DNA of 64,000 nt from Balanoglossus misakiensis (Eukaryota; Animalia; Hemichordata): NCBI GenBank assembly GCA_040954595.2, contig CM082589.2, positions 1,603,910 through 1,667,909 on the forward strand. Reading direction: 5' to 3'. Every line of letters begins with the position of its first letter. Within the stretch, counting starts at the first letter, position 1. Under the pieces are notes generated by a model. It saw only the letters and a list, made by a program, of their open reading frames with translations, ran no database searches and had not been told where the DNA came from. Shown here piece after piece: positions 13,083 to 24,984 of the stretch. A program made the translations under genes and the position numbers.

Positions 13083-16000
13083 AAAAAATTTGGTGATTTT
13101 TTGAAAAAACCATGGGTTATAGCTCAGGAAAATGTCGAAAAATCGACGATTTTTCGACTTTGCGAATTTTCGAAATTTGGTCATTTTTTGAAAAAACCAT
13201 GGGTTATAGCTCAGGAAAATGATGAAAAATCGACGATTTTTCGACTTTGCGAATTTTCGAAATTTGGTCATTTTTTGAAAAAAACCATGGGTTATAGCTC
13301 AGGAAAATGTTGAAAAATCGACGATTTTTCGACTTTGCGAATTTTCGAAATTTGGTCATTTTTTGAAAAAACCATGGGTTATAGTTCAGGAAAATGTTGA
13401 AAAATCGACGATTTTTCGACTTTGCGAATTTTCGAAATTTGGTCATTTTTTGAAAAAACCATGGGTTATAGTTCAGGAAAATGTTGAAAAATCGACGATT
13501 TTTCGACTTTGCGAATTTTCGAAATTTGGTCATTTTTTGAAAAAACCATGGGTTATAGCTCAGGAAAATGTTGAAAAATCGACGATTTTTCGACTTTACG
13601 AATTTTCGAAATTTGGTCATTTTTTGAAAAAACCATGGGTTATAGCTCAGGAAAATGTTGAAAAATCGACGATTTTTCGACTTTGCGAATTTTAGAAATT
13701 TGGTCATTTTTTGAAAAAACCATGGGTTATAGCTCAGGAAAATGTTGAAAAATCGACGATTTTTCGACTTTGCGAATTTTCGAAATTTGGTCATTTTTTG
13801 AAAAAACCATGGGTTATAGCTCAGGAAAATGTTGAAAAATCGACGATTTTTCGACTTTGCGAATTTTCGAAATTTGGTCATTTTTTTAAAAAACCATGGG
13901 TTATAGCTCAGGAAAATGATGAAAAATCGACGATTTTTCGACTTTGCGAATTTTCGAAATTTGGTCATTTTTTTTAAAAAAACCATGGGTTATAGCTCAG
14001 GAAAATGTTGAAAAATCGACGATTTTTCGACTTTGCGAATTTTCGAAATTTGGTCATTTTTTGAAAAAAACACGGGTTATAGCTCAGGAAAATGTTGAAA
14101 AATCGACGATTTTTCGACTTTGCGAATTTTCGAAATTTGGTGATTTTTGGAAAAAACCATGGGTTATAGCTCAGGAAAATGTTGAAAAATCGACGATTTT
14201 TCGACTTTGCGAATTCTCGAAATTTGGTGATTTTTGGAAAAAAAACCATGGGTTATAGCTCAGGAAAATGTTGAAAAATCGACGATTTTTCGACTTTGCG
14301 AATTTTCGAAATTTGGTCATTTTTTGAAAAAACCATGGGTTATAGTTCAGGAAAATGTTGAAAAATCGACGATTTTTCGACTTTGCGAATTTTCGAAATT
14401 TGGTCATTTTTTGAAAAAACCATGGGTTATAGCTCAGGAAAATGTTGAAAAATCGACGATTTTTCGACTTTGCGAATTTTCGAAATTTGGTCATTTTTTG
14501 AAAAAACCATGGGTTATAGCTCAGGAAAATGTTGAAAAATCGACGATTTTTCGACTTTGCGAATTTTCGAAATTTGGTCATTTTTTGAAAAAACCATGGG
14601 TTATAGCTCAGGAAAATGTTGAAAAATCGACGATTTTTCGACTTTGCGAATTTTCGAAATTTGGTCATTTTTTGAAAAAACCATGGGTTATAGCTCAGGA
14701 AAATGTTGAAAAATCGACGATTTTTCGACTTTGCGAATTTTCGAAATTTGGTCAATTTTTGAAAAAACCATGGGTTATAGCTCAGGAAAATGATGAAAAA
14801 TCGACGATTTTTCGACTTTGCGAATTTTCGAAATTTGGTCATTTTTTGAAAAAACCATGGGTTATAGCTCAGGAAAATGTTGAAAAATCGACGATTTTTC
14901 GACTTTGCGAATTTTCGAAATTTGGTCATTTTTTGAAAAAACCATGGGTTATAGCTCAGGAAAATGTCGAAAAATCGACGATTTTTCGACTTTGCGAATT
15001 TTCGAAATTTGGTCATTTTTTGAAAAAACCATGGGTTATAGCTCAGGAAAATGATGAAAAATCGACGATTTTTCGACTTTGCGAATTTTCGAAATTTGGT
15101 CATTTTTTGAAAAAAACCATGGGTTATAGCTCAGGAAAATGTTGAAAAATCGACGATTTTTCGACTTTGCGAATTTTCGAAATTTGGTCATTTTTTGAAA
15201 AAACCATGGGTTATAGTTCAGGAAAATGTTGAAAAATCGACGATTTTTCGACTTTGCGAATTTTCGAAATTTGGTCATTTTTTGAAAAAACCATGGGTTA
15301 TAGTTCAGGAAAATGTTGAAAAATCGACGATTTTTCGACTTTGCGAATTTTCGAAATTTGGTCATTTTTTGAAAAAACCATGGGTTATAGCTCAGGAAAA
15401 TGTTGAAAAATCGACGATTTTTCGACTTTACGAATTTTCGAAATTTGGTCATTTTTTGAAAAAACCATGGGTTATAGCTCAGGAAAATGTTGAAAAATCG
15501 ACGATTTTTCGACTTTGCGAATTTTAGAAATTTGGTCATTTTTTGAAAAAACCATGGGTTATAGCTCAGGAAAATGTTGAAAAATCGACGATTTTTCGAC
15601 TTTGCGAATTTTCGAAATTTGGTCATTTTTTGAAAAAACCATGGGTTATAGCTCAGGAAAATGTTGAAAAATCGACGATTTTTCGACTTTGCGAATTTTC
15701 GAAATTTGGTCATTTTTTTAAAAAACCATGGGTTATAGCTCAGGAAAATGATGAAAAATCGACGATTTTTCGACTTTGCGAATTTTCGAAATTTGGTCAT
15801 TTTTTTTAAAAAAACCATGGGTTATAGCTCAGGAAAATGTTGAAAAATCGACGATTTTTCGACTTTGCGAATTTTCGAAATTTGGTCATTTTTTGAAAAA
15901 AACACGGGTTATAGCTCAGGAAAATGTTGAAAAATCGACGATTTTTCGACTTTGCGAATTTTCGAAATTTGGTGATTTTTTGAAAAAACCATGGGTTATA

Positions 16001-19000
16001 GCTCAGGAAAATGTTGAAAAATCGACGATTTTTCGACTTTGCGAATTCTCGAAATTTGGTGATTTTTGGAAAAAAAACCATGGGTTATAGCTCAGGAAAA
16101 TGTTGAAAAATCGACGATTTTTCGACTTTGCGAATTTTCGAAATTTGGTCATTTTTTGAAAAAACCATGGGTTATAGTTCAGGAAAATGTTGAAAAATCG
16201 ACGATTTTTCGACTTTGCGAATTTTCGAAATTTGGTCATTTTTTGAAAAAACCATGGGTTATAGCTCAGGAAAATGTTGAAAAATCGACGATTTTTCGAC
16301 TTTGCGAATTTTCGAAATTTGGTCATTTTTTGAAAAAACCATGGGTTATAGCTCAGGAAAATGTTGAAAAATCGACGATTTTTCGACTTTGCGAATTTTC
16401 GAAATTTGGTCAATTTTTGAAAAAACCATGGGTTATAGCTCAGGAAAATGATGAAAAATCGACGATTTTTCGACTTTGCGAATTTTCGAAATTTGGTCAT
16501 TTTTTGAAAAAACCATGGGTTATAGCTCAGGAAAATGTTGAAAAATTGACGATTTTTCGACTTTGCGAATTTTCGAAATTTGGTCATTTTTTGAAAAAAC
16601 CATGGGTTATAGCTCAGGAAAATGATGAAAAATCGACGATTTTTCGACTTTGCGAATTTTCGAAATTTGGTCATTTTTTGAAAAAACCATGGGTTATAGC
16701 TCAGGAAAATGTTGAAAAATCGACGATTTTTCGACTTTGCGAATTTTCGAAATTTGGTCATTTTTTGAAAAAACCATGGGTTATAGCTCAGGAAAATGAT
16801 GAAAAATCGACGATTTTTCGACTTTGCGAATTTTCGAAATTTGGTCATTTTTTGAAAAAACCATGGGTTATAGCTCAGGAAAATGTTGAAAAATCGACGA
16901 TTTTTCGACTTTGCGAATTTTCGAAATTTGGTCATTTTTTGAAAAAACCATGGGTTATAGCTCAGGAAAATGTTGAAAAATCGACGATTTTTCGACTTTG
17001 CGAATTTTCGAAATTTGGTCATTTTTTGAAAAAACCATGGGTTATAGCTCAGGAAAATGTTGAAAAATCGACGGTTTTTCGACTTTGCGTATTTTCGAAA
17101 TTTGGTCATTTTTTGAAAAAACCATGGGTTATAGCTCAGGAAAATGATGAAAAATCGACGATTTTTCGACTTTGCGAATTTTCGAAATTTGGTCATTTTT
17201 TGAAAAAAACATGGGTTATAGCTCAGGAAAATGATGAAAAATCGACGATTTTTCGACTTTGCGAATTTTCGAAATTTGGTCATTTTTTGAAAAAACCATG
17301 GGTTATAGCTCAGGAAAATGATGAAAAATCGACGATTTTTCGACTTTGCGAATTTTCGAAATTTGGTCATTTTTTGAAAAAACCATGGGTTATAGCTCAG
17401 GAAAATGTTGAAAAATCGACGATTTTTCGACTTTGCGAATTTTCGAAATTTGGTCATTTTTTGAAAAAACCATGGGTTATAGCTCAGGAAAATGTTGAAA
17501 AATCGACGATTTTTCGACTTTGCGAATTTTCGAAATTTGGTCATTTTTTGAAAAAACCATGGGTTATAGCTCAGGAAAATGTTGAAAAATCGACGATTTT
17601 TCGACTTTGCGAATTTTCGAAATTTGGTCATTTTTTGAAAAAACCATGGGTTATAGCTCAGGAAAATGTTGAAAAATCGACGGTTTTTCGACTTTGCGTA
17701 TTTTCGAAATTTGGTCATTTTTTGAAAAAACCATGGGTTATAGCTCAGGAAAATGTTGAAAAATCGACGATTTTTCGACTTTGCGAATTTTCGAAATTTG
17801 GTCATTTTTTGAAAAAACCATGGGTTATAGCTCAGGAAAATGTTGAAAAATCGACGGTTTTTCGACTTTGCGTATTTTCGAAATTTGGTCATTTTTTGAA
17901 AAAACCATGGGTTATAGCTCAGGAAAATGTCGAAAAATCGACGATTTTTCGACTTTGCGAATTTTCGAAATTTGGTCATTTTTTGAAAAAACCATGGGTT
18001 ATAGCTCAGGAAAATGTTGAAAAATCGACGATTTTTCGACTTTGCGAATTTTCGAAATTTGGTCATTTTTTGAAAAAACCATGGGTTATAGCTCAGGAAA
18101 ATGATGAAAAATCGACGATTTTTCGACTTTGCGAATTTTCGAAATTTGGTCATTTTTTGAAAAAACCATGGGTTATAGCTCAGGAAAATGATGAAAAATC
18201 GACGATTTTTGGACTTTGCGAATTTTCGAAATTTGGTCATTTTTTGAAAAAACCATGGGTTATAGCTCAGGAAAATGTTGAAAAATCGACGATTTTTCGA
18301 CTTTGCGAATTTTCGACATTTGGTCATTTTTTGAAAAAACCATGGGTTATAGCTCAGGAAAATGTTGAAAAATCGACGGTTTTTCGACTTTGCGTATTTT
18401 CGAAATTTGGTCATTTTTTGAAAAAACCATGGGTTATAGCTCAGGAAAATGATGAAAAATCGACGATTTTTCGACTTTGCGAATTTTCGAAATTTGGTCA
18501 TTTTTTGAAAAAACCATGGGTTATAGCTCAGGAAAATGTTGAAAAATCGACGATTTTTCGACTTTGCGAATTTTCGAAATTTGGTCATTTTTTGAAAAAA
18601 CCATGGGTTATAGCTCAGGAAAATGTTGAAAAATCGACGATTTTTCGACTTTGCGAATTTTTTAAATTTGGTGATTTTTTGAAAAAACCATGGGTTATAG
18701 CTCAGGATAATGTTGAAAAATCGACGATTTTTCGACTTTGCGAATTTTCGAAATTTGGTGATTTTTTTGAAAAAACCATGGGTTATAGCTCAGGAAAATG
18801 TTGAAAAATCGACGATTTTTCGACTTTGCGAATTTTCGAAATTTGGTCATTTTTTGAAAAAACCATGGGTTATAGCTCAGGAAAATGTTGAAAAATCGAC
18901 GATTTTTCGACTTTGCGAATTTTCGAAATTTGGTCATTTTTTGAAAAAACCATGGGTTATAGCTCAGGAAAATGATGAAAAATCGACGATTTTTCGACTT

Positions 19001-20800
19001 TGCGAATTTTCGAAATTTGGTCATTTTTTGAAAAAACCATGGGTTATAGCTCAGGAAAATGTTGAAAAATCGACGATTTTTCGACTTTGCGAATTTTCGA
19101 AATTTGGTCATTTTTTGAAAAAACCATGGGTTATAGCTCAGGAAAATGATGAAAAATCGACGATTTTTCGACTTTGCGAATTTTCGAAATTTGGTCATTT
19201 TTTGAAAAAACCATGGGTTATAGCTCAGGAAAAAGCCGAAAAATCGACGATTTTTCGACTTTGCGAATTTTCGAAATTTGGTGATTTTTTGAAAAAACCA
19301 TGGGTTATAGCTCAGGAAAATGTTGAAAAATCGACGATTTTTCGACTTTGCGAATTTTCGAAATTTGGTGATTTTTTGAAAAAACCATGGGTTATAGCTG
19401 TGGATAATGTTGAAAAATCGACGATTTTTCGACTTTGCGAATTTTCGAAATTTGGTGATTTTTTTGAAAAAACCATGGGTTATAGCTCAGGAAAATGTTG
19501 AAAAATCGACGATTTTTCGACTTTGCGAATTTTCGAAATTTGGTCATTTTTTTGAAAAAACCATGGGTTATAGCTCAGGAAAATGATGAAAAATCGACGA
19601 TTTTTCGACTTTGCGAATTTTCGAAATTTGGTCATTTTTTGAAAAAACCATGGGTTATAGCTCAGGAAAATGATGAAAAATCGACGATTTTTCGACTTTG
19701 CGAATTTTCGAAATTTGGTCATTTTTTGAAAAAACCATGGGTTATAGCTCAGGAAAATGTCGAAAAATCGACAATTTTTCGACTTTGCGAATTTTCGAAA
19801 TTTGGTCATTTTTTGAAAAAACCATGGGTTATAGCTCAGGAAAATGATGAAAAATCGACGATTTTTCGACTTTGCGAATTTTCGAAATTTGGTCATTTTT
19901 TGAAAAAACCATGGGTTATAGCTCAGGAAAATGTCGAAAAATCGACAATTTTTCGACTTTGCGAATTTTCGAAATTTGGTCATTTTTTGAAAAAACCATG
20001 GGTTATAGCTCAGGAAAATGTCGAAAAATCGACGATTATTGACTTTGCGAATTTTCGAAATTTGGTCATTTTTTGAAAAAACCATGGGTTATAGCTCAGG
20101 AAAATGATGAAAAATCGACGATTTTTCGACTTTGCGAATTTTCGAAATTTGGTCATTTTTTGAAAAAACCATGGGTTATAGCTCAGGAAAATGTTGAAAA
20201 ATCGACGATTTTTCGACTTTGCGAATTTTCGAAATTTGGTCATTTTTTGAAAAAACCATGGGTTATAGCTCAGGAAAATGTTGAAAAACCGACGATTTTT
20301 CGACTTTGCGAATTTTCGAAATTTGGTGATTTTTTGAAAAAAACATGGGTTATAGCTCAGGAAAATGATGAAAAATCGACGATTTTTCGACTTTGCGAAT
20401 TTTCGAAATTTGGTCATTTTTTGAAAAAACCATGGGTTATAGCTCAGGAAAATGTTGAAAAATCGACGATTTTTCGACTTTGCGAATTTTCGAAATTTGG
20501 TGATTTTTTGAAAAAACCATGGGTTATAGCTCAGGAAAATGTTGCAAAATTGACGATTTTTCGACTTTGCGAATTTTCGAAATTTGGTGATTTTTTGAAA
20601 AAACCATGGGTTATAGCTCAGGAAAATGTTGAAAAATCGACGATTTTTCGACTTTGCGAATTTTCGAAATTTGGTGATTTTTGGAAAAAAACCATGGGTT
20701 ATAGCTCAGGAAAATTGTCAAAAAAGGTCGAATTTCCGACATTGAGAACTTTTGTTATTTTTGGACATTTTTCATGGGTTATAGCTCTGGCAAACATTGA
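13083..20800 (-). repeat. 87-bp tandem satellite, right arm in opposite orientation (~88 monomers), distinct subfamily
   Basis: Reverse complement of the same monomer from 13086 (aaatttggtgattttttgaaaaaaccatgggttatagctcagg...). Diagnostic variants are ggtcatt, gttgaaaa/gatgaaaa and ttcgact. Last monomers (~20713-20800) are degenerate. Confidence 0.98.
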
Positions 20801-21610
20801 AATTTATGTACTAACCATTTATTTTTTCTCCCGAGTTCAGAATAGAAAAGTCTATACTTACCTTTAGCAAATTGTCAAAATTTAAATTATATAAGACTTT
20901 AAATTTTCGAGGCTCGTTCTTTATAAACGAGACAGTAGTCGTATATTTGTATATTTTCAGTCGTTTTAATCTGTCTATGAACTTGATAAAACACGCCGTA
21001 TTATTCATCTCGTAATGACAACCTATAGGAAATATTGATGATTACTGTAATTCAAATGTTAACAATAACATTAAACTTTAGGTGTATATATAATTTATAG
21101 ACAAACTAACTATTTGGCATTTAAACCTGCTTCCGAGTTGAACAAGACACTGTAGTTACATATGGTCCCCTTTTAACGGGTGTTTCCTAAACCCACAAAC
21201 TCACATCACTCTGTCGATACGCCGAAGAAATTATGAACAGGGAAATATAGGCAGCTACTTGAAATGCGTGACATCGTACGTTTCCAAGGAAACGGAGCGG
21301 AGTGTTTATCTAATTTGTCACCCAAACGCCTGGCACTACACGTTTCATGTTGGGTTGATATTCAGGAGTACAGTTATACTCTCGGTTTATTTGAGAGGAC
21401 GGTAGAAAAAGACTTATCTCAATTCTGCAAATAAGTCTTATAGATCCGTTTTGTCTCGCTTGGAAGAAAGGACGCTATGTGCGACAGACGTAGGATAGAC
21501 CAATACTCTGTCGATTGGTAATAACACGCATGCCACCGTAGAGCTGAGTTTGTGCTGAACTTTAAGTTATCGATGCTTGTGTTCAATTTAGCTGCGTAGT
21601 TCACCTGAGG

Positions 21611-24103
21611 ATGGATGCGGTTAAACAGTGGTATCTACTTCTCCAAGGTAAGTACAGAAAAAGCCCAAATATTATAGTTGAGTATTTGGTGGTTATGGGT
21701 TTGTAATGACATGGTCTCCAGCTTAACTCACATGTCTTTACTTTGAAAGATGATTGTCAAGAATACTCGTAGTGGTCGTTCTCTTTTCCTGTGTTCGCAA
21801 CAAAGATAGAGGGAGAGAGACAGGGACAGAGAAACGTACCTAAATACTTGTATATAAGTACGAGTTTTTGTACATACATACATACATACATACATACATA
21901 CATACATACATACATACATACATACATACATACATACATACATACATACATACATACATACATACATACATACATACATACATACATACATACATACATA
22001 CATACATACATACAGACAGACATACAGACAGACATACAGACATACATACATACATACATACATACATACATACATACATACATACATACATACATACATA
22101 CATACATACAGACAGACATACAGACAGACATACAGACAGACATACATGTACATACAGACATACATACATGGAGAGACATAGATGTTTGTTGTTGCGTTTA
22201 GCGGTTTTTCTTTGAGATTATGGTTTGTTTCCATGAGAGGAAGGAAATTATTGATTATTTTATAATTGCATAGGCCTAATTCCAAAGTTTATTTGATTTA
22301 TACTCTTAGTGTACAACAACATTACTCCATCTACGAAATCAAAAGGTATTTCCAATGCATTGCCATGCACAGCATAATGCATTCAACACCGTTTGCATTG
22401 TTAACGCAAAACATAATTCGGAATTAAATATCCGACAGAAAATTTCTAGTACATCACGCAACAAATAGAGCTCTAGCAATGTCCAATCAATTGGCAAACT
22501 CTAAATCGCATTACATGTGAAATCAATTAAAAGCGCGTTAGTTGTGTCTTTTGATTTTTTTTACTCCGCATGGAAACTCTAAAGAACACGATAAAAAGAG
22601 AACACTTTGCATTAAGAGGTATTTGGGGGAGTTTTGAATGAAATACCAACGCGAACCCCACAATCTACCTTAACAAGAAACGAACGCTGTAAATTTGATA
22701 TTTCTGTTGATTTAGCAACACTCATACTATACGTTGCTCGGGGCCCCCTATCTCCATCGTAAAATAAGAAAGCTATAAATAGGGTCTCACGTACAGCTCG
22801 TTCAAGTCTACTTCGTGTATAAAACTATGGAAACGGCGAGCTTGTACTTTAAATTGTCAACAATGATGATGATACCGATCATAGCCTGCAGGGTACATTA
22901 GTAAGGTTGTACGCGCCTCGAAATTTCAAAATTTATGACACTACTCTCGCCTAAATTGGCAAATAAACGAAAGTTCTTAATCAGCGAGAGTATACTACCG
23001 GTGTTACCCCTTTTAAGGTGAAAGCGAACAGGCAGGTTCAAAATAGAGTGCTGCAGTCCGCTCATATTACATTTACCATTCCAAGTATCTTAGCAACACT
23101 CTCCGTTGCCAGAGGAGACCAGCCATGACGTTTTCTTGATACACCATCAATTCGTACTTGTTCGTTGTTGAAAAGAATACAGAAGCTTATTGTGCCTTTT
23201 GTGCTTACAGTGCTGGTGACTGCTAGTTCTCTTCCACCATATGAATATGTCGGCTGTGTTATCGATGCCTCCGAGAGGGCGTTGGACTGGCACAAGGATG
23301 TATCCAATCAGAACCAAACAGTCCAGCGTTGTATTCACTTCTGTGACGGATGGAACGCCCCCTACGCTGGACTTCAGTTCTCAAAAGAGTGTTTTTGCGG
23401 GCACGATTTTGACGTGTACGGATTCGGCGAGGAGAGTTCGTGTGATACGAGTTGCTCTGGAAATCCTCAGCAGAAGTGCGGGGGAGTATGGAGAATGACG
23501 ACGTACAGACTGTGTAAGTTGAAGATTTTGAATGTTGTTACAAAGTTATGCGAAACGGACAGACAGGTAGACAGATACGTCAGTTATTACACACAGACAA
23601 ACATGATGAGTGAAGCGAGTAGCCATTGGTTAAGTATATATATATATTTTCTTATAGTGAAATGGAAAAGGTTCAGAAGAGACCCATCTATACACACCAG
23701 CCAATCACGAACGGGAACACGAACTACGTGGTAAGTTGTTTGTTTGTACGAACTTTACTTGTGAGAAGTTCTTCCTCAACAAAGCGATGCTTTCTCTCGC
23801 AGTCCTGTGCCATTTGAACTATTAAAGTCACAAAACTATTGACAACACTCTTTTCATCATTGCATTTCCAGCAGATAACATTCGAGAAATGTTCACTAAT
23901 TTTCATTACCGTTTTCCTTTATATGCAGGTCATCATATACGGGGATCGGTGTCTTAAACTGTGCAATGGAATGTTCCAAGGGCAAAGGTGAATGTTGGTC
24001 GTTTTTCCATGATGATAACTCGGGCCAGTGCTATACACAGAATCTTTTAACCAACGCTGCACCGTCTTTCATCAAGAGCGACACTTTCTGCGCCGACTGT
24101 TGA
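21611..24103 (+). CDS. Secreted WSC-domain + PAN/apple-like protein (~195 aa, 4 exons)
   Basis: Exons 21611-21647, 23211-23513, 23658-23730, 23929-24103 are frame-consistent with GT-AG sites. Signal-like MDAVKQWYLLLQVLVTASS; WSC pattern YVGCVID...CIHFC...YAGLQFSKECFCG...CDTSCSGNPQQKCGG; then CAMECSKGKGECWSFFHDDNSGQCY (PAN-like C-x3-C...CxSF...C). The first exon is less certain than the WSC exon. Confidence 0.8.
21871..22168. repeat. (TACA)n microsatellite with CAGA interruptions, intron 1 of the WSC gene
   Basis: Directly visible ~300-bp tetranucleotide run. Confidence 0.97.
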
Positions 24104-24512
24104 ACAGAAGCAATGAGCGACCCACGCGCGACGAACAGACTTTATGATTGGCTTCCCAAGAGTACCTCCAGCGCAGCTGCCAGCCAATTGTGGACTTTGT
24201 TACAAATCATAAGTACAACGCACCTGATTGGTAGGAAAATAGACAACTGAAGTACAAGGCACCTGATTGGCTGGTTGGACTAAGACTTACAAATGTATTA
24301 CATGTACACATTGTCTCACAAATAATGCATATTATAATTATATCTTGTGTGTGTGAACAATATTAATGAGATTGCCGACATAGTTTGTGGACGAAATAGC
24401 TTTTATTAACGATATGACGGAAACATGGCAAATACATGTCAAATTAGAGTCTTGACTGAACATATTATAATGTACTAGACAAGTCCTTATTCCTTAAACA
24501 ATTGATTCGTGA

Positions 24513-24915
24513 TTAATGTTTTCTGGCATAGCGGTGTCTGATCACCATGACAACGATGAAAACTGTCGTCAAAACGATGAAGTAGATGAAAAGGTAGCCA
24601 AAGTATTGCCAAGTACCTGCAAGCGATCGAAGAAATTGAGAGAGTAATTTTGAATTTCAGATTTTGATGACGTAATAGAGGTGTGTAAGTTGGCTTAGTA
24701 AAACTAATAAAAACTGCATTGTGCCTTTAATGATTTTGCTCATTCCTTCAGACAGTGAAAATATTTGATTTTTGAGGGTAATAACTATTATGAAAGAAAC
24801 CATGATATGTTTCAAGTATGTATCGGGTAAAAATGCCGCGAATCTACTGTAGAATTCGGTTTTATAGAAAAACTTACCCTTTTTCACCAAAGGCTCCGTT
24901 ACTGAGTGAGTGAGT

Positions 24916-24984
<69 letters not shown>

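Noticed and set aside
13000-13200. Inversion as a fold-back chimeric-read artefact
   Set aside because: The arms are not mirror copies and carry different consensus alleles and HOR periods. A misjoin of two real arrays still needs a read-level check.
1-20800. CRISPR-like array of palindromic repeats
   Set aside because: No unique spacers, no cas genes, and the context is eukaryotic.
60-20867. Long 29-aa-repeat ORFs (up to 926 aa) on both strands of the satellite
   Set aside because: They follow from an 87-bp (3n) monomer that lacks stops in two frames. Frameshifting indels and nonsense variants are propagated in the higher-order repeats, and there is no splice or start context.
21728-22285. 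YVCM/YIHT-repeat ORFs
   Set aside because: Translations of the (TACA)n microsatellite.
24210-24270. 21-bp direct repeat aagtacaa(c/g)gcacctgattgg
   Set aside because: A simple local duplication in the 3' region with no further structure.
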